A stretch of DNA of 64,000 nt from Nitrososphaeraceae archaeon (GCA_044870765.1 JBIOZG010000017.1:9628-73627); one strand, 5' to 3'; positions 1 to 10,894 are shown, counted from the stretch's first letter. Translations and numbers: made by a program. The notes: generated by a model from the letters alone, not told the origin.

Positions 1-410
1 ACAAATCAAATGCTGATTATCAATATTTGATTCTTGTGATTGTGTTCTTAATGATAGGAGTTGTAACTAATGGAATATCAGTTTTGTTTTCCGATTTGGG
101 TTTTTCGATAAAGCCTTATCGATATCCTCTTCCATACCATGCTTTTTTTACTGAAGAAGGTATGTTTAACGAAGAAGCAATAAAACAATATAGCGAAGGA
201 ATGGGAAAAGATAAACCTGAGTCCGAAAAGATATTCAAGGAATCTAGAGTAGAAAACTATTTACGATTTAACAAGCAAAATGCAATCCAAAATAAGAACA
301 AAGCGATAAAAATAAAAATTGCACAGTTGTTCTTTTTTGCAGGCACAATAGCCATACCGTTCATTATCGGCTTTGTTTTACCTTATTTATGGTCAACTCC
401 TGCTTCTTAG
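1..410 (+). CDS. hypothetical membrane protein (probably 5'-truncated by the window edge)
   Basis: ORF 27..410 with hydrophobic segments at both ends; the frame is open back to the window start. Confidence 0.5.
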   Translation, partial: KSNADYQYLILVIVFLMIGVVTNGISVLFSDLGFSIKPYRYPLPYHAFFTEEGMFNEEAIKQYSEGMGKDKPESEKIFKESRVENYLRFNKQNAIQNKNKAIKIKIAQLFFFAGTIAIPFIIGFVLPYLWSTPAS

Positions 411-415
411 CAATT

Positions 416-574
416 CTAATTAGTGTTTAGTTTATTTCCATTAAAATCTATATTTAGTCCCGCTGCCTCGGCTGGTGTTTTTCCTAATTTGGAATGTTCT
501 CTACAAAAGTTATAATGTATTCTCATTGCTTCTATGATTTTCTGTGTTGTTTCTTTAGATTGCATTCCCCTCAT
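416..574 (-). pseudogene. C-terminal remnant of an IS6-like DDE transposase
   Basis: Manual translation MRGMQSKETTQKIIEAMRIHYNFCREHSKLGKTPAEAAGLNIDFNGNK matches the C-terminal YNxxRxH...GKTPAEAAG signature of archaeal IS6-like transposases; in-frame stop just upstream, so the catalytic core is missing. Confidence 0.6.
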
Positions 575-624
575 AACGTTTTAAGTTTATACACTTATAT
601 AGTAAGAAATTTTATTGGTAGTGT

Positions 625-747
625 TTGTCAGAAAATAGTGACATTCCAAGGGCAAAGAAAAAAACAACTAAGAAAGGAATTTTAATAACGATTCTAATTG
701 TCGCTGGAGTAGTTGCTGCAAGTTTTCTGGTATATCTAATACCATAA
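625..747 (+). CDS. 40-aa single-TM microprotein (not in ORF track)
   Basis: TTG start; MSENSDIPRAKKKTTKKGILITILIVAGVVAASFLVYLIP; basic patch followed by a TM helix; TATA-like CTTATATA at about 594-601. Confidence 0.55.
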   Translation: MSENSDIPRAKKKTTKKGILITILIVAGVVAASFLVYLIP

Positions 748-1040
748 TAGAGAACGTTTATTCAATCTATCTCTGTTTCAGTATAAAAAAGAAGAAAATT
801 AATTAAGCGACTATTCTTAGCATTTTGCATAATACTATCGAACATCCCTTAGCGATCTGTTCTTTCTTGCAAAAGTCATGTACCTTCTTCGAACATTTCT
901 TTCAAAGGAACAATGAACTTGAGACTGAAATCCTCCGGACTACTCTTCATTCTCAGAATTTGATGAACGTATATTCCACTTCATATGCAATCTTTAGTAT
1001 TAAAAGGTAAAAAAATGTCTTTGGTAATTTTGTCAATCAG

Positions 1041-1652
1041 CTAACCAGTTAGAGTTAAGTTGACCTGAGGTACGACTGTTCTGGCAAGAAGCGTGGCTTC
1101 ATACTGAGGATACTGTTTATACCCCCAAGCTTTTGCTCCAAGAAAGCCATTATCATTAAACACATTATTCGGAAATGTTCGAATATGAAGATTATAATCT
1201 CTTACACCATCATTGTATGCTGTCCTGCTAACAGAAATTCTATTTTCGGTACCGGCCAATTCATCCATTAATCTTGTTACTGTACTATCGGACTTTAGCT
1301 CAGGATATGCCTCATAAGTTGCTATGATCTTACTCAGGGTAGCTTCAAGTTGATTGCTTAGGTTAACGCGTTGGGCCGTATCTGGTGTTTTCATCCACTG
1401 TGATCTAAGCTCAGTAATATCCTCTAGTGTTTGACGTTCAAACTGCATATAGCCCTTGACTGACGATACCAAATTGGGTATTAGGTCATATCTCCTTTGT
1501 AGTTGGGTGTCTACGTCTGCAGCTCTTTTTTTAACAGATTCATCTTTTGCCTGTACGCCGTTATATCCTGATATATACATAGAATAGAGACTTGCAAGTA
1601 TTATAATCACTAGTACCACAATTCCGATACCAACTTTTAGTGCTGTTCTCAC
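1041..1652 (-). CDS. lemA: LemA family protein
   Basis: N-terminal TM; QLQRRYDLIPNLV, EAYPELKS, ENRISVSRTAYN, IRTFPNN motifs. Confidence 0.92.
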   Translation of the reverse strand: MRTALKVGIGIVVLVIIILASLYSMYISGYNGVQAKDESVKKRAADVDTQLQRRYDLIPNLVSSVKGYMQFERQTLEDITELRSQWMKTPDTAQRVNLSNQLEATLSKIIATYEAYPELKSDSTVTRLMDELAGTENRISVSRTAYNDGVRDYNLHIRTFPNNVFNDNGFLGAKAWGYKQYPQYEATLLARTVVPQVNLTLTG

Positions 1653-1739
1653 AACATTTCACTATAAGTTTCTTTCAATTCATAGGACCTTATTAAACGC
1701 ACTGCATTATCTCATCTGCCAAAACAAAAAGCGTGACTG

Positions 1740-2687
1740 TTATCTCCCTGCGCCGCCGCCACCGGAAGTGCCGCCGCCGCCACCCGAACCTCTACCGATG
1801 TAACCTCCAGCTGAACCTCCGCCACTTGACCAGCCTAGTCCGCCTCCCAGAATTCCTCCCAAGCCAAATCCGCTGCCTCCTAATCCACCTCTGCCCCGTC
1901 CTCCTAGACCAAATCCTCTTCCTCTGCGTTTTCTACCGAAATAGATTGACAAACCAATGAAGCAAATAACAATTATGAATGGTATTAGGACCTGCCAAGT
2001 GTCTGCCTCTGAGCTGGGTTCATATTCTCGATATATCTGATCCTCGTTATTATAACCAATCTTCTGTCCAAGTGCTATAACTGTAGTTAGGAATGCTTTA
2101 TCAAGAACTTCGAGATCTCGTGTAGCTTCATAATCTTGTCTTGCCGGAACAAGATAAGAGTCTAAGATTGTTCCTGCAGTCCCATCGGTAATGTTTCCCT
2201 CCAGTCCTCTACCTACCTCTATTCTCATTGACCCTCTGGCCGCATCACGCTCCGAGGAAAATAATATCAGAACACCGTTATCCTTCCCTTTTTTTCCGAT
2301 CCCCTTCGTTCCATCTAAAGTAACTTCATTAAATAAATAATTTGCAAGAGTGTCCCTATCATTGATTTCTACCCCATCTTTCTTTATTCCGTGACCAATA
2401 AAACTTGGAATAGTATATATTACTATTTCTGCGGAGGTTTGCCTGTCCAAGTTACGGAGATATCCATCAATTAACGGTCTGTATTTGTTATTTATCAAAT
2501 TTGCATTGTCGTACAGATATTGTGGTCTGGTGCTACCGTCAGATGGAGAAGAAAAGGAAGTCTGATGTAAGAAACTGGATATGAAAATGAGGGTTAAAAT
2601 GGAAAATATTGCTAACTTGACGGAATTAGAATTATTCACTTCAAATATTTGTATAACCTTATTTACAAAGATTTTGATTGTATCCAT
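1740..2687 (-). CDS. TPM domain membrane protein with Gly-rich C-terminal tail
   Basis: GIGKKGKDNGVLIL and RIEVGRGLEGNITD motifs; C-terminal TM, then GGGG...GGGGAGR; adjacent to lemA. Confidence 0.88.
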   Translation of the reverse strand: MDTIKIFVNKVIQIFEVNNSNSVKLAIFSILTLIFISSFLHQTSFSSPSDGSTRPQYLYDNANLINNKYRPLIDGYLRNLDRQTSAEIVIYTIPSFIGHGIKKDGVEINDRDTLANYLFNEVTLDGTKGIGKKGKDNGVLILFSSERDAARGSMRIEVGRGLEGNITDGTAGTILDSYLVPARQDYEATRDLEVLDKAFLTTVIALGQKIGYNNEDQIYREYEPSSEADTWQVLIPFIIVICFIGLSIYFGRKRRGRGFGLGGRGRGGLGGSGFGLGGILGGGLGWSSGGGSAGGYIGRGSGGGGGTSGGGGAGR

Positions 2688-2835
2688 TGCTCATCAATAT
2701 TTCCGATTATTTGATCCCAAGTAGTTTGTGATCTCCTAAAAGGATAAGATGAGGATCATAAACTAACCAATAGACAAATCGACTAACAGGTTGCCTAATA
2801 TAAGGTATAGATTATTCCATTTTCAAGATAATTAG

Positions 2836-4257
2836 TTGGGACCGGTTACAATAATGAAGTTTGGAGGTAGCACCCTAGGAGAGGATGGTGTGTGCATTGA
2901 CAAAATAATCGAGAGAATAAATGAAAAGATAAAAAGGCGAAGTAAGGTAGTTGCCGTTTTTTCTGCACCCCTAATTAGATACAGAGGCAAATTAAGCTCA
3001 ATTACGGATATAGCAATTCATATTGGAAAGAATTATGCACAATCCAATCCAATTGAAATTGATGTGTTACGCGATGTGTATGAAAACATTGCATCAAGTA
3101 ACCTTACTGAGGAGTATCACAAAAAATTTTCTGATGAAATCAATAAATTCCATAAAGAAGTAATTGTCTCCCTCAAACAAGCGGCAGAAAATCGCAGATT
3201 TGTTGATGTTACTAGATCAAGAACTCTTGCATATAGCGGCGAGATACCTATGTCATATTTAATGGACTATGTATTAAGAAGCAAGAATATTAGGTCAGCT
3301 CATGTGGAGTTAGAACGATGGCCAATAATAACCGATGACAATTTTGAAGCTGCTAATTTTTTAATAGATGAATCCAGGGCAAAATCTGAGCATTTTTATC
3401 AATTAATTGAAAAAAATAATGTAGTGACTATAGGGGGTTTCATAGGAAAAACTATCGACGGACTAGAAACAACTTATGAGAGAGGAGGTTCGGATAGATC
3501 CGCGGCTGATGTTGCCATATTGTTGAACGAAAATTACAAGGCAGAATTGGATTTTGAAAAAGATAATGCGGTATTGAGTGCGGATCCAAAAATAGTAAAA
3601 AAAGAGTTAGACAGTATCAAATTTCTGTCTTATAATGAGGCAAGATTGGCTGGTATGTTTGGTATGAAGATACTTGATCCTCTGGCTATTAAGGAAATCG
3701 ATAATAACAATATGGATATACCAATTGTAATTACTAATATGAATAATCCATCTAATACTACAACAATATCAAAAACCTCCGCCGATCAAGCAGGAAACCT
3801 TGTTAAGATTGTTACTGGTAAGAGAAACTGTGCCATAGTTCGTATGGAAAGTATTGCAGCATCACACCTATTGGCATCACTTGAAAGTGATAAGCAATAT
3901 CATGACTTTCTTAAATTATCTCCCTATAAGAAAGAAGGAATTGAAATCACTCGAATCTTGTTTCTTGATGGAGACTACGTTCGTCGTAACGAACATCATT
4001 TTAAGGCCTACTATTCGAAGACCGAAATAGTATATGATAGAGGCGTTGTTACTTTAATTGGAGATAATATGTGGAAAAAACCTAAAATTGCCTCTACTAC
4101 AAGCAGCACGGTCGGAGAACATGGAATTAATATATTGAATTTGGATGCCCAAGAGGAAACTTCTCGTATATTGATTATTGTAGATGATTCTAAGGTCGCT
4201 GATGCAATAAGGGCAATCCATGATAAGAGAAACAGAATTGATAGAGATGAATTTTAA
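2836..4257 (+). CDS. lysC: aspartate kinase
   Basis: MKFGGST, RGGSDRSA, SADPKIV, LSYNEA motifs; C-terminal ACT-like domain. Confidence 0.9.
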   Translation: MGPVTIMKFGGSTLGEDGVCIDKIIERINEKIKRRSKVVAVFSAPLIRYRGKLSSITDIAIHIGKNYAQSNPIEIDVLRDVYENIASSNLTEEYHKKFSDEINKFHKEVIVSLKQAAENRRFVDVTRSRTLAYSGEIPMSYLMDYVLRSKNIRSAHVELERWPIITDDNFEAANFLIDESRAKSEHFYQLIEKNNVVTIGGFIGKTIDGLETTYERGGSDRSAADVAILLNENYKAELDFEKDNAVLSADPKIVKKELDSIKFLSYNEARLAGMFGMKILDPLAIKEIDNNNMDIPIVITNMNNPSNTTTISKTSADQAGNLVKIVTGKRNCAIVRMESIAASHLLASLESDKQYHDFLKLSPYKKEGIEITRILFLDGDYVRRNEHHFKAYYSKTEIVYDRGVVTLIGDNMWKKPKIASTTSSTVGEHGINILNLDAQEETSRILIIVDDSKVADAIRAIHDKRNRIDRDEF

Positions 4258-5171
4258 TGAATGATAAAAGTAAGATTTGGATGGATGGCAAATTTGTTAG
4301 ATGGAATAGTGCAAAAATACACGTTCTGACTCACGGATTGCATTATGGAACATCCGTATTCGAAGGAATTCGTTGTTACCACACAAAGAAAGGTCCTGCA
4401 ATTTTTCGACTAGAAGAACATCTCAAGAGACTAATGAATAGTTGCAAAATGTATCATATGAATTTGGAATTTTCGGAGAAAGAGATTAGAGAGGCTATTA
4501 TCCAAACTATAAAAATAAATGGTGTAAAGGATTGTTATATACGACCCATTTGTTACTATGGATATGGAAAGATGGGAGTAAATCCCTTACCTAATAAAGT
4601 ATCAATATCAGTTGCTATATGGAATTGGGAAGATCACATAAAAACAAAAAACAACGCAGGAATGAGAGTTATCGTTTCATCGTGGATCAGAATAGATTCC
4701 AGAAGTTTACCTATTCATGCGAAGGCAGCGGCAAATTATGCAAATTCGGCGTTAGCACGTATAGAAGCAATAAAATCAGGAGTTGACGAGGCGATAATGT
4801 TGAATATGAGGGGCATGGTCGTAGAAGGAACTGCCGAAAATATTTTTATGGTAAAGAATAAAATCCTAGTAACACCACCATTAACATCAGGTGCATTGGA
4901 CGGGATTACAAGATCCAGCGTACTGGATATTGCAGAAGATCTGGGCATTGACTTCCAAATCAGCGATATATCCCGTGATGAATTGTATAACGCAGATGAG
5001 GTCTTTCTAACTGGAACAGCAGCTGAAATTAAATCAATTGGTGAAATTGACAATATAAAAATTGCTGATGGAAGAACTGGGAAAATTGCAACACAGCTAC
5101 AGGATGTTTACAATCAAATAGTCCACGGCAAGAACGAAAAATTTGAGAAATGGCTAACGTATATCAATTAA
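4257..5171 (+). CDS. ilvE: branched-chain amino acid aminotransferase
   Basis: HGLHYGTSVFEGIR, AKAAANY, EGTAENIF, LDGITR, DEVFLTGTAAE; start overlaps the lysC stop. Confidence 0.95.
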   Translation: MNDKSKIWMDGKFVRWNSAKIHVLTHGLHYGTSVFEGIRCYHTKKGPAIFRLEEHLKRLMNSCKMYHMNLEFSEKEIREAIIQTIKINGVKDCYIRPICYYGYGKMGVNPLPNKVSISVAIWNWEDHIKTKNNAGMRVIVSSWIRIDSRSLPIHAKAAANYANSALARIEAIKSGVDEAIMLNMRGMVVEGTAENIFMVKNKILVTPPLTSGALDGITRSSVLDIAEDLGIDFQISDISRDELYNADEVFLTGTAAEIKSIGEIDNIKIADGRTGKIATQLQDVYNQIVHGKNEKFEKWLTYIN

Positions 5172-5240
5172 CAGATTGAAAAATTATCTCAACATTCATC
5201 TAATTTTCACAAATAAAATAATAAAATAAAACAAAATCCC

Positions 5241-6179
5241 TTAAAGAGGAGATTCATTTAATATTAATGCCAACAGAGCTGATCTTAAATCCTTGCCGTA
5301 AGATGCTTGCTTAAAATAAATTGCATTTGATTTACTGTCTACATCCTGCGATATTTCATCTATTCTAGGCAAGGGATGCATAATAGAGATATCAGGTTTA
5401 AAGCGTTTCAAAATGTTACTATCAATTGTATACACGCCTTTAACTTTTTCATATTCCTGTGGGTCTGAAAATCTTTCCTTTTGTATTCTTGTCACGTACA
5501 ATATGTCTGAATTTTGAAAAACTGTGTCATTTAATTCTGTTAATTCTATAATTTTCATTTTATCCTTTAAACCATAAATGGACTCTTGTCGAATTTGTAA
5601 TGTTGGCGGTGAAACTAAGATGATTTCTACATCATAATTAGAAAGTCCGTATAATAAGGAGTAAATTGTTCTTCCATATTTCAAGTCCCCCAATATACAA
5701 ATTCTTAATCCATCAATTTTCTTTTTTTCCTTTGTTATTGTATATAAATCCAGCATAGCCTGTGTTGGATGCTCTTCACTTCCGCTACCCCCATTAATTA
5801 TGGGATGATCAGAAATTTCTGCTGCAAATTTGCTTGATCCGTCAAGTTGATGACGCAGAATCATGATATCTGAATAAAGATCCATGACCCTCACAGTGTC
5901 TTGTAAACTCTCTCCCTTTTCTATTGAAGACGATTTCAGGTCTGATATTCCAATAGAACTACCGCCTATCGATGCCATTGCAGCCTCAAAACTCATTCTG
6001 GTTCTAGTACTTGGTTCATAAAACAGATATCCCATTATCCTGGCTTTTCCTAATTCGTCCTTTTCTTTGGGATTAAGCTTCTTCATCTTATCCGTTTTTT
6101 CAAATAAATATTCAAGATCCTCTCTTTTAAAATCCTTAATTGAAACAACATCTCGATTGAAGAATCTATTAGTCTTCAT
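5241..6179 (-). CDS. pyrB: aspartate carbamoyltransferase catalytic subunit
   Basis: FYEPSTRTRMSF, HPTQAMLDL, GDLKYGRT, MHPLPR. Confidence 0.97.
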   Translation of the reverse strand: MKTNRFFNRDVVSIKDFKREDLEYLFEKTDKMKKLNPKEKDELGKARIMGYLFYEPSTRTRMSFEAAMASIGGSSIGISDLKSSSIEKGESLQDTVRVMDLYSDIMILRHQLDGSSKFAAEISDHPIINGGSGSEEHPTQAMLDLYTITKEKKKIDGLRICILGDLKYGRTIYSLLYGLSNYDVEIILVSPPTLQIRQESIYGLKDKMKIIELTELNDTVFQNSDILYVTRIQKERFSDPQEYEKVKGVYTIDSNILKRFKPDISIMHPLPRIDEISQDVDSKSNAIYFKQASYGKDLRSALLALILNESPL

Positions 6180-6298
6180 TGATTACCATCATCATATTAT
6201 GTTATAGCGCTTTTACAAAAAGATTCTCATCTATTTTCGATTAATTCATTATTTTTCTCTATAGCATATATTAGAGATTTTTTAATAAAGTTTGCAAT

Positions 6299-7228
6299 TT
6301 GAATAAGATTGGATTATTTTCATTATTTCTTGTTTTGATATTGACATTTGGATTTGTGACGCAAAAAGATATTGGATACGCATTTGGTCAAAACATCGAT
6401 CCAACAACCAAAAATGATACTGATACTACTAGACCCATAAATAATACTGTAGTGTTAGATACTAAATCCAATTTTCAATCACCTGTTTTACCAGATCTAA
6501 AAAACTACTCCGTTAAGACTGTAACTTATACTCCAAAATTTCTTTGTGGTAATGTATCCTCTAATGAAGGGCCCGTAAGACCTGGTCATTATGATACTGA
6601 CATAAGCATACTTAACAAGCAAGATTATCCGATTAAAATATTTTGGAATGTCATACCTAATGATGGAAATTCTTCAAATTCAATCATTAAGATCCTTAAA
6701 CCTGAAAGCTCTACAGGTATCACATGCAAAGACATTCTTCCATTAGTTACCATAAGTAAGAACTTGTTGGAGGGATTTGTATTATTGTCTTTACCTATTA
6801 GTGACGGTATGATTAGTGCATTCCCTGATCCTAATAATCCTCAAGTGTCAATTTTAAAATCTGTTAATGAACAGCAAACAAATCTGATCGACGTCCAAGT
6901 TTTTTATACGGCAAATGCATTGCCCCAACTTCCCAATGAAATGCTTTTTAGTAAAATTGATTTTAGAATATTAAATGATTCTAGCGGAAAAATACCCAAG
7001 GCATTATTAGGGCAACTATTGGAAGTTACATTGATTTCCAGCACTAATCAAATTTACGATCAATTATCTCGTATAAATTCTGTATTAAAGGAAAGATTTG
7101 GTTTATCTGACTCTGAAATCAACGCTACTAGTATCAAAATAGAGGATTCTAGTATAGACACTCTTTTTCCCCCCGATGATCACGCTATATCATCTTCGCG
7201 TCTAACTCCGAACATATACCTTAAGTAA
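6299..7228 (+). CDS. secreted hypothetical protein
   Basis: 309 aa with an N-terminal signal/TM; YTPKFLCG...PGHYDTDISILN; no function recognised. Confidence 0.75.
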   Translation: MNKIGLFSLFLVLILTFGFVTQKDIGYAFGQNIDPTTKNDTDTTRPINNTVVLDTKSNFQSPVLPDLKNYSVKTVTYTPKFLCGNVSSNEGPVRPGHYDTDISILNKQDYPIKIFWNVIPNDGNSSNSIIKILKPESSTGITCKDILPLVTISKNLLEGFVLLSLPISDGMISAFPDPNNPQVSILKSVNEQQTNLIDVQVFYTANALPQLPNEMLFSKIDFRILNDSSGKIPKALLGQLLEVTLISSTNQIYDQLSRINSVLKERFGLSDSEINATSIKIEDSSIDTLFPPDDHAISSSRLTPNIYLK

Positions 7229-7308
7229 AATTTGAACAATCAGTTATAATTCTACTGCAAATTAAACAAGATGTAAATTCAATTCACACAAAGATTTTAC
7301 GCAACGAA

Positions 7309-7971
7309 TCATATCTTTAGCGCTCTAGTAATCATTATTAATTCAGGTCCAGTAGTTAAACTTCCTACTATTGCTGATTTGAAATTAGCGATGATACCCG
7401 ATGACAGAAACGGTGATCCACCATTGATGGTTGCTGGTTCTGCTTCGACTTGAAGTATTTCTGCTATGCTCTTTATTTCCCGATCATTGGCATTCGGATG
7501 AACAATAGCTCCAGCATTTGTAGTCACAACCATTGATCCAACCTGGACATAGCCACTTATGGACATTGTTTGAATAGGAACGCCCAATACATCTCTAATA
7601 CTTTGGTGCACTTCACCATTGAATAAACTTGAAACTATTGCTCCTTTATCGTTGGCTAGAATTAAGTTTCCAATTGCAGTAAACTTACTTTCTAGTCGTT
7701 CTACATTCAATCCTGTCTGCTTAAGGATTTGAATCTCTTCATCTGAAGCTGTTGATGGTAATAACATTCCATTGTTATTCATGACGGACATGGGTCCAAT
7801 CAATCTGGTCCCAGCGATAGAAACATGTATTATTTTTTTAACATTTAGATATTCTTTAAGTTTTTTAGTTTTCGTATCTGCAAATCCAAAAGGAATTAGT
7901 AGCGTGTTATCATTTGCTCGTAGGAATAGACCCACATTTGGACTCCTGTAGACATCATACTTGTGGATCAA
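7309..7971 (-). CDS. eif6: translation initiation factor 6 (aIF-6)
   Basis: [39 protein letters not shown]. Confidence 0.95.
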   Translation of the reverse strand: MIHKYDVYRSPNVGLFLRANDNTLLIPFGFADTKTKKLKEYLNVKKIIHVSIAGTRLIGPMSVMNNNGMLLPSTASDEEIQILKQTGLNVERLESKFTAIGNLILANDKGAIVSSLFNGEVHQSIRDVLGVPIQTMSISGYVQVGSMVVTTNAGAIVHPNANDREIKSIAEILQVEAEPATINGGSPFLSSGIIANFKSAIVGSLTTGPELIMITRALKI

Positions 7972-8158
7972 GAGGTGGTTAACCTCTCCACTATGCGAAC
8001 ATCATAAGACAATATTTTTCTTATGGGCGACTAAAATAAGAAACTATCTATTTTGGTTTGTCTTTAAAATATCTAGGCTATGAAACAGCTACTACCTTGA
8101 CTATTTGTTGTCAGTCTCCATACAGAGGAACTGATTAGTAGAAAAAATTGAATGAGAT

Positions 8159-10888
8159 TCATCCCGACATACAAGAGCTAAATCCACATTCTATGCACAT
8201 ATTGCAACCTTCCGTTATTATCAGCCTTGCATTACAGGACGGACACGTTTCGTACTCCTGATAGTCATTAGATGATGCATTCATGTTCATTTTTAGTTTA
8301 GATTGAGATACATTTACTGTGGTTTCAGTTGCCTCTATTTCTTCTGTATCTCTAAACACTTTTTCAACTTGGCTCATAACATAATCTTGCTTAATGTTAC
8401 TATGAATATGGTCAACCACATGGGCGCTTGGCTTTACAATGAATTTTTTCTCTTTGTCATTTCCGGTTATGTGTAGCACCTGTTCATGTCTAGAGCCATC
8501 TCTGTAGACCGTAACGCCCTTCAATCCTAATTCATGTGACAATAGATAAGCAGCCTTGATATCTTCGACCGTGACATCAGACGGCATGTTAATAGTTTTT
8601 GCTATCGCGTTGCTAATCCATTTTTGCCAAATTGCTTGTGCCATAAGATGATCCGTCCAATGCACATCAATGGCTGTTACAAATATTTTCTGTAGCCTTT
8701 CTGGGATTTCGGCCAATCCTCTCACAGAACCATAGTTATTTGCAATTTTCGTTAAAATTTCATCATTATACAAGCCATTTTCTTTGAGCATATTTTCAAA
8801 TATTCTATTTGTGTAAAAGAATCTTCCTACAGTGACCCGTTTTTCGAAAACTAGTGCAAAAACTGGTTCGACTCCGTTTGAAGTGTCAGCTATCATAGAC
8901 AATGTTCCCGTAGGTGCAATTGTAGTAGTCCATGAGTTTCTGATTCCATATTTTTCAATCTTCTCAACTAATGAATCCCAGTCGTAAGAATGGTATCGTT
9001 TTGGAATTTCATAGTATCCTGCCACTGGTATCATTTTTCCTTCAACATAATCAGTCTGGTTGAATAATGGAAATGCTCCTCTTGCTTTTGCAATCGCAAC
9101 GCTTTCTTCCATGCTATAGTAAGAAAGTGCTTCAGCTACTCTGTTCATAAACTCGTATCCTTCTTTCGAATTATATGGGATCTCTAAGGTAAATAGTAGA
9201 TCAGCAATACCCATTATTCCAAGTCCGATTCTCCTTGTTAACTGTGTATTATGTTCAATTTCTTCAACCGGATATTTGTTCATATCTATGACATTATCCA
9301 AAAATCTGGTCGAAAGACGTATTGCTTGCTCGTAACGTTGCCAATCAAACTCATACTTTCCATCTATATTACGCTTTACAAAGTTTGCTAAATTGATGGA
9401 TCCCAAATTGCATGATTCATATGGGTATAATGATTGCTCTCCACAGGGATTTGTTGCTCTAAGTGGTCCTTCTTTTACGTTGATACATGGATTATATTTA
9501 TTGATATTATCAAAGAATATAACACCTGGCTCTGCGCTTTTCCACGCACTGAAAGTAATTAAATCCAAGAGCTGATGTGAGTCAATTTGCGTGACGGGTT
9601 CATTGGTAGTTGGATTCTTTAGTATGTATCTATGATTATTTTCATTAATTATCGATTCCCAGAAATCACTCCAAATTCCAACGCTTACGTTAAAGTTCTC
9701 GAATATGCCTGGCTTGGTTTTGGCTGTCACGAACTTTTCGATATCCGGATGCCATGATTCCATGATTCCCATGTTTGCTCCCCTTCTTTTTCCGCCCTGT
9801 TTTACTACATCAGTAATTGTGTCTATAATTCTCATGAACGAGATCGGTCCTGAAGCAACACCAGAGGTAGATGCTACTATATCGCCTTCGGGACGAAGTT
9901 TTGAGTAATTAATTCCAACTCCTCCTCCAGATTTAAAAATCATCGCTGCGTCAGTGGAAGATTTCATAATCTCCGTCATGTCGTCTTTCATATCTAATAC
10001 AAAACATGCTGAAAGCTGACCAAGTTTTGCCCCCGCATTCATAAGAGTTGGAGTGTTTGGTAAAAAGTCTTTTGTCACCATCAGATTATAATATTCAATT
10101 ATTCTATCAGAGTACTTTGACAGGTGCCCCTCGGCAATAAGCCGCAAAAGGTTCTTAAAGCTAACTTTCATACGTCCACTTTTTGCCAAATTAATGTAAT
10201 GCCTAATCATTGATTCAAAATGAAATTGGTTAAGATAGTGATTGCCAATTTTTAGTTTCAAATGAAAATCATCTATTTTTTTGTAATATTCTTCAGCTTC
10301 AGTAATATTCTGAACTACTACTTCACTATTAGAGTACAATTCTGAATCATGTAATATATCTGGGATTGTTACGAGAACTGCGACCCGTTCAAAAAGCAAT
10401 TTCGGATCTTCTACTATTTCATTATTGTTATCTCTTAACAAGTAGCGTGAAGCAAGCACTCTTAGAGAATTAATGTCAAATGACTTATCAACTTCGTCCA
10501 AATCCTTCTTATTTAGAATTTTCTTCTTTTCATCTCTAATCTTGCGGCGTTCATGTCTGTATAGAATATATGCCTTGGCAGTTTCTGAAAGTCCCTCTTC
10601 AATCAAGATTGATTCAACCATATCCTGGACATCTTCTACACTTGGAACTCGATTGGTATCAAAAACAGAAAATTGTTGATCCATTTTTTGTACAACTTTT
10701 TCTGATAATCTTTCAGCAAGCTTGTAATCTGTTTTACCTGCTGCCATTAACGCTTTGTAGATGGCATTAGAAATCTTTGAATTATTAAAATCAACCAGCC
10801 CTTTGTCCCTCTTCCTAATTTGCGCGATAGCTTTTTTATTTGCGTGCGAAGAATCATCAATTTCGGTAATTTCCTTTGCCATAACCAT
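8159..10888 (-). CDS. nrdJ: adenosylcobalamin-dependent (class II) ribonucleotide reductase with N-terminal ATP-cone
   Basis: ATP-cone (IRKRDKGLVDFNNSKI); PTLMNAG, QLSACF, ATNPCGEQ, CNLGSINL, TIAPTGT; C-terminal CxxC...CxxC. Confidence 0.95.
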   Translation of the reverse strand: MVMAKEITEIDDSSHANKKAIAQIRKRDKGLVDFNNSKISNAIYKALMAAGKTDYKLAERLSEKVVQKMDQQFSVFDTNRVPSVEDVQDMVESILIEEGLSETAKAYILYRHERRKIRDEKKKILNKKDLDEVDKSFDINSLRVLASRYLLRDNNNEIVEDPKLLFERVAVLVTIPDILHDSELYSNSEVVVQNITEAEEYYKKIDDFHLKLKIGNHYLNQFHFESMIRHYINLAKSGRMKVSFKNLLRLIAEGHLSKYSDRIIEYYNLMVTKDFLPNTPTLMNAGAKLGQLSACFVLDMKDDMTEIMKSSTDAAMIFKSGGGVGINYSKLRPEGDIVASTSGVASGPISFMRIIDTITDVVKQGGKRRGANMGIMESWHPDIEKFVTAKTKPGIFENFNVSVGIWSDFWESIINENNHRYILKNPTTNEPVTQIDSHQLLDLITFSAWKSAEPGVIFFDNINKYNPCINVKEGPLRATNPCGEQSLYPYESCNLGSINLANFVKRNIDGKYEFDWQRYEQAIRLSTRFLDNVIDMNKYPVEEIEHNTQLTRRIGLGIMGIADLLFTLEIPYNSKEGYEFMNRVAEALSYYSMEESVAIAKARGAFPLFNQTDYVEGKMIPVAGYYEIPKRYHSYDWDSLVEKIEKYGIRNSWTTTIAPTGTLSMIADTSNGVEPVFALVFEKRVTVGRFFYTNRIFENMLKENGLYNDEILTKIANNYGSVRGLAEIPERLQKIFVTAIDVHWTDHLMAQAIWQKWISNAIAKTINMPSDVTVEDIKAAYLLSHELGLKGVTVYRDGSRHEQVLHITGNDKEKKFIVKPSAHVVDHIHSNIKQDYVMSQVEKVFRDTEEIEATETTVNVSQSKLKMNMNASSNDYQEYETCPSCNARLIITEGCNMCIECGFSSCMSG

Positions 10889-10894
10889 CTATAC

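Noticed and set aside
494-1010. Track ORFs 494..685 and 825..1010
   Set aside because: The first overlaps the transposase remnant and the 625..747 ORF; the second has no recognisable features on either strand
1733-1960. Arg-rich 75-aa ORF
   Set aside because: Antisense to the Gly-rich tail of the TPM gene
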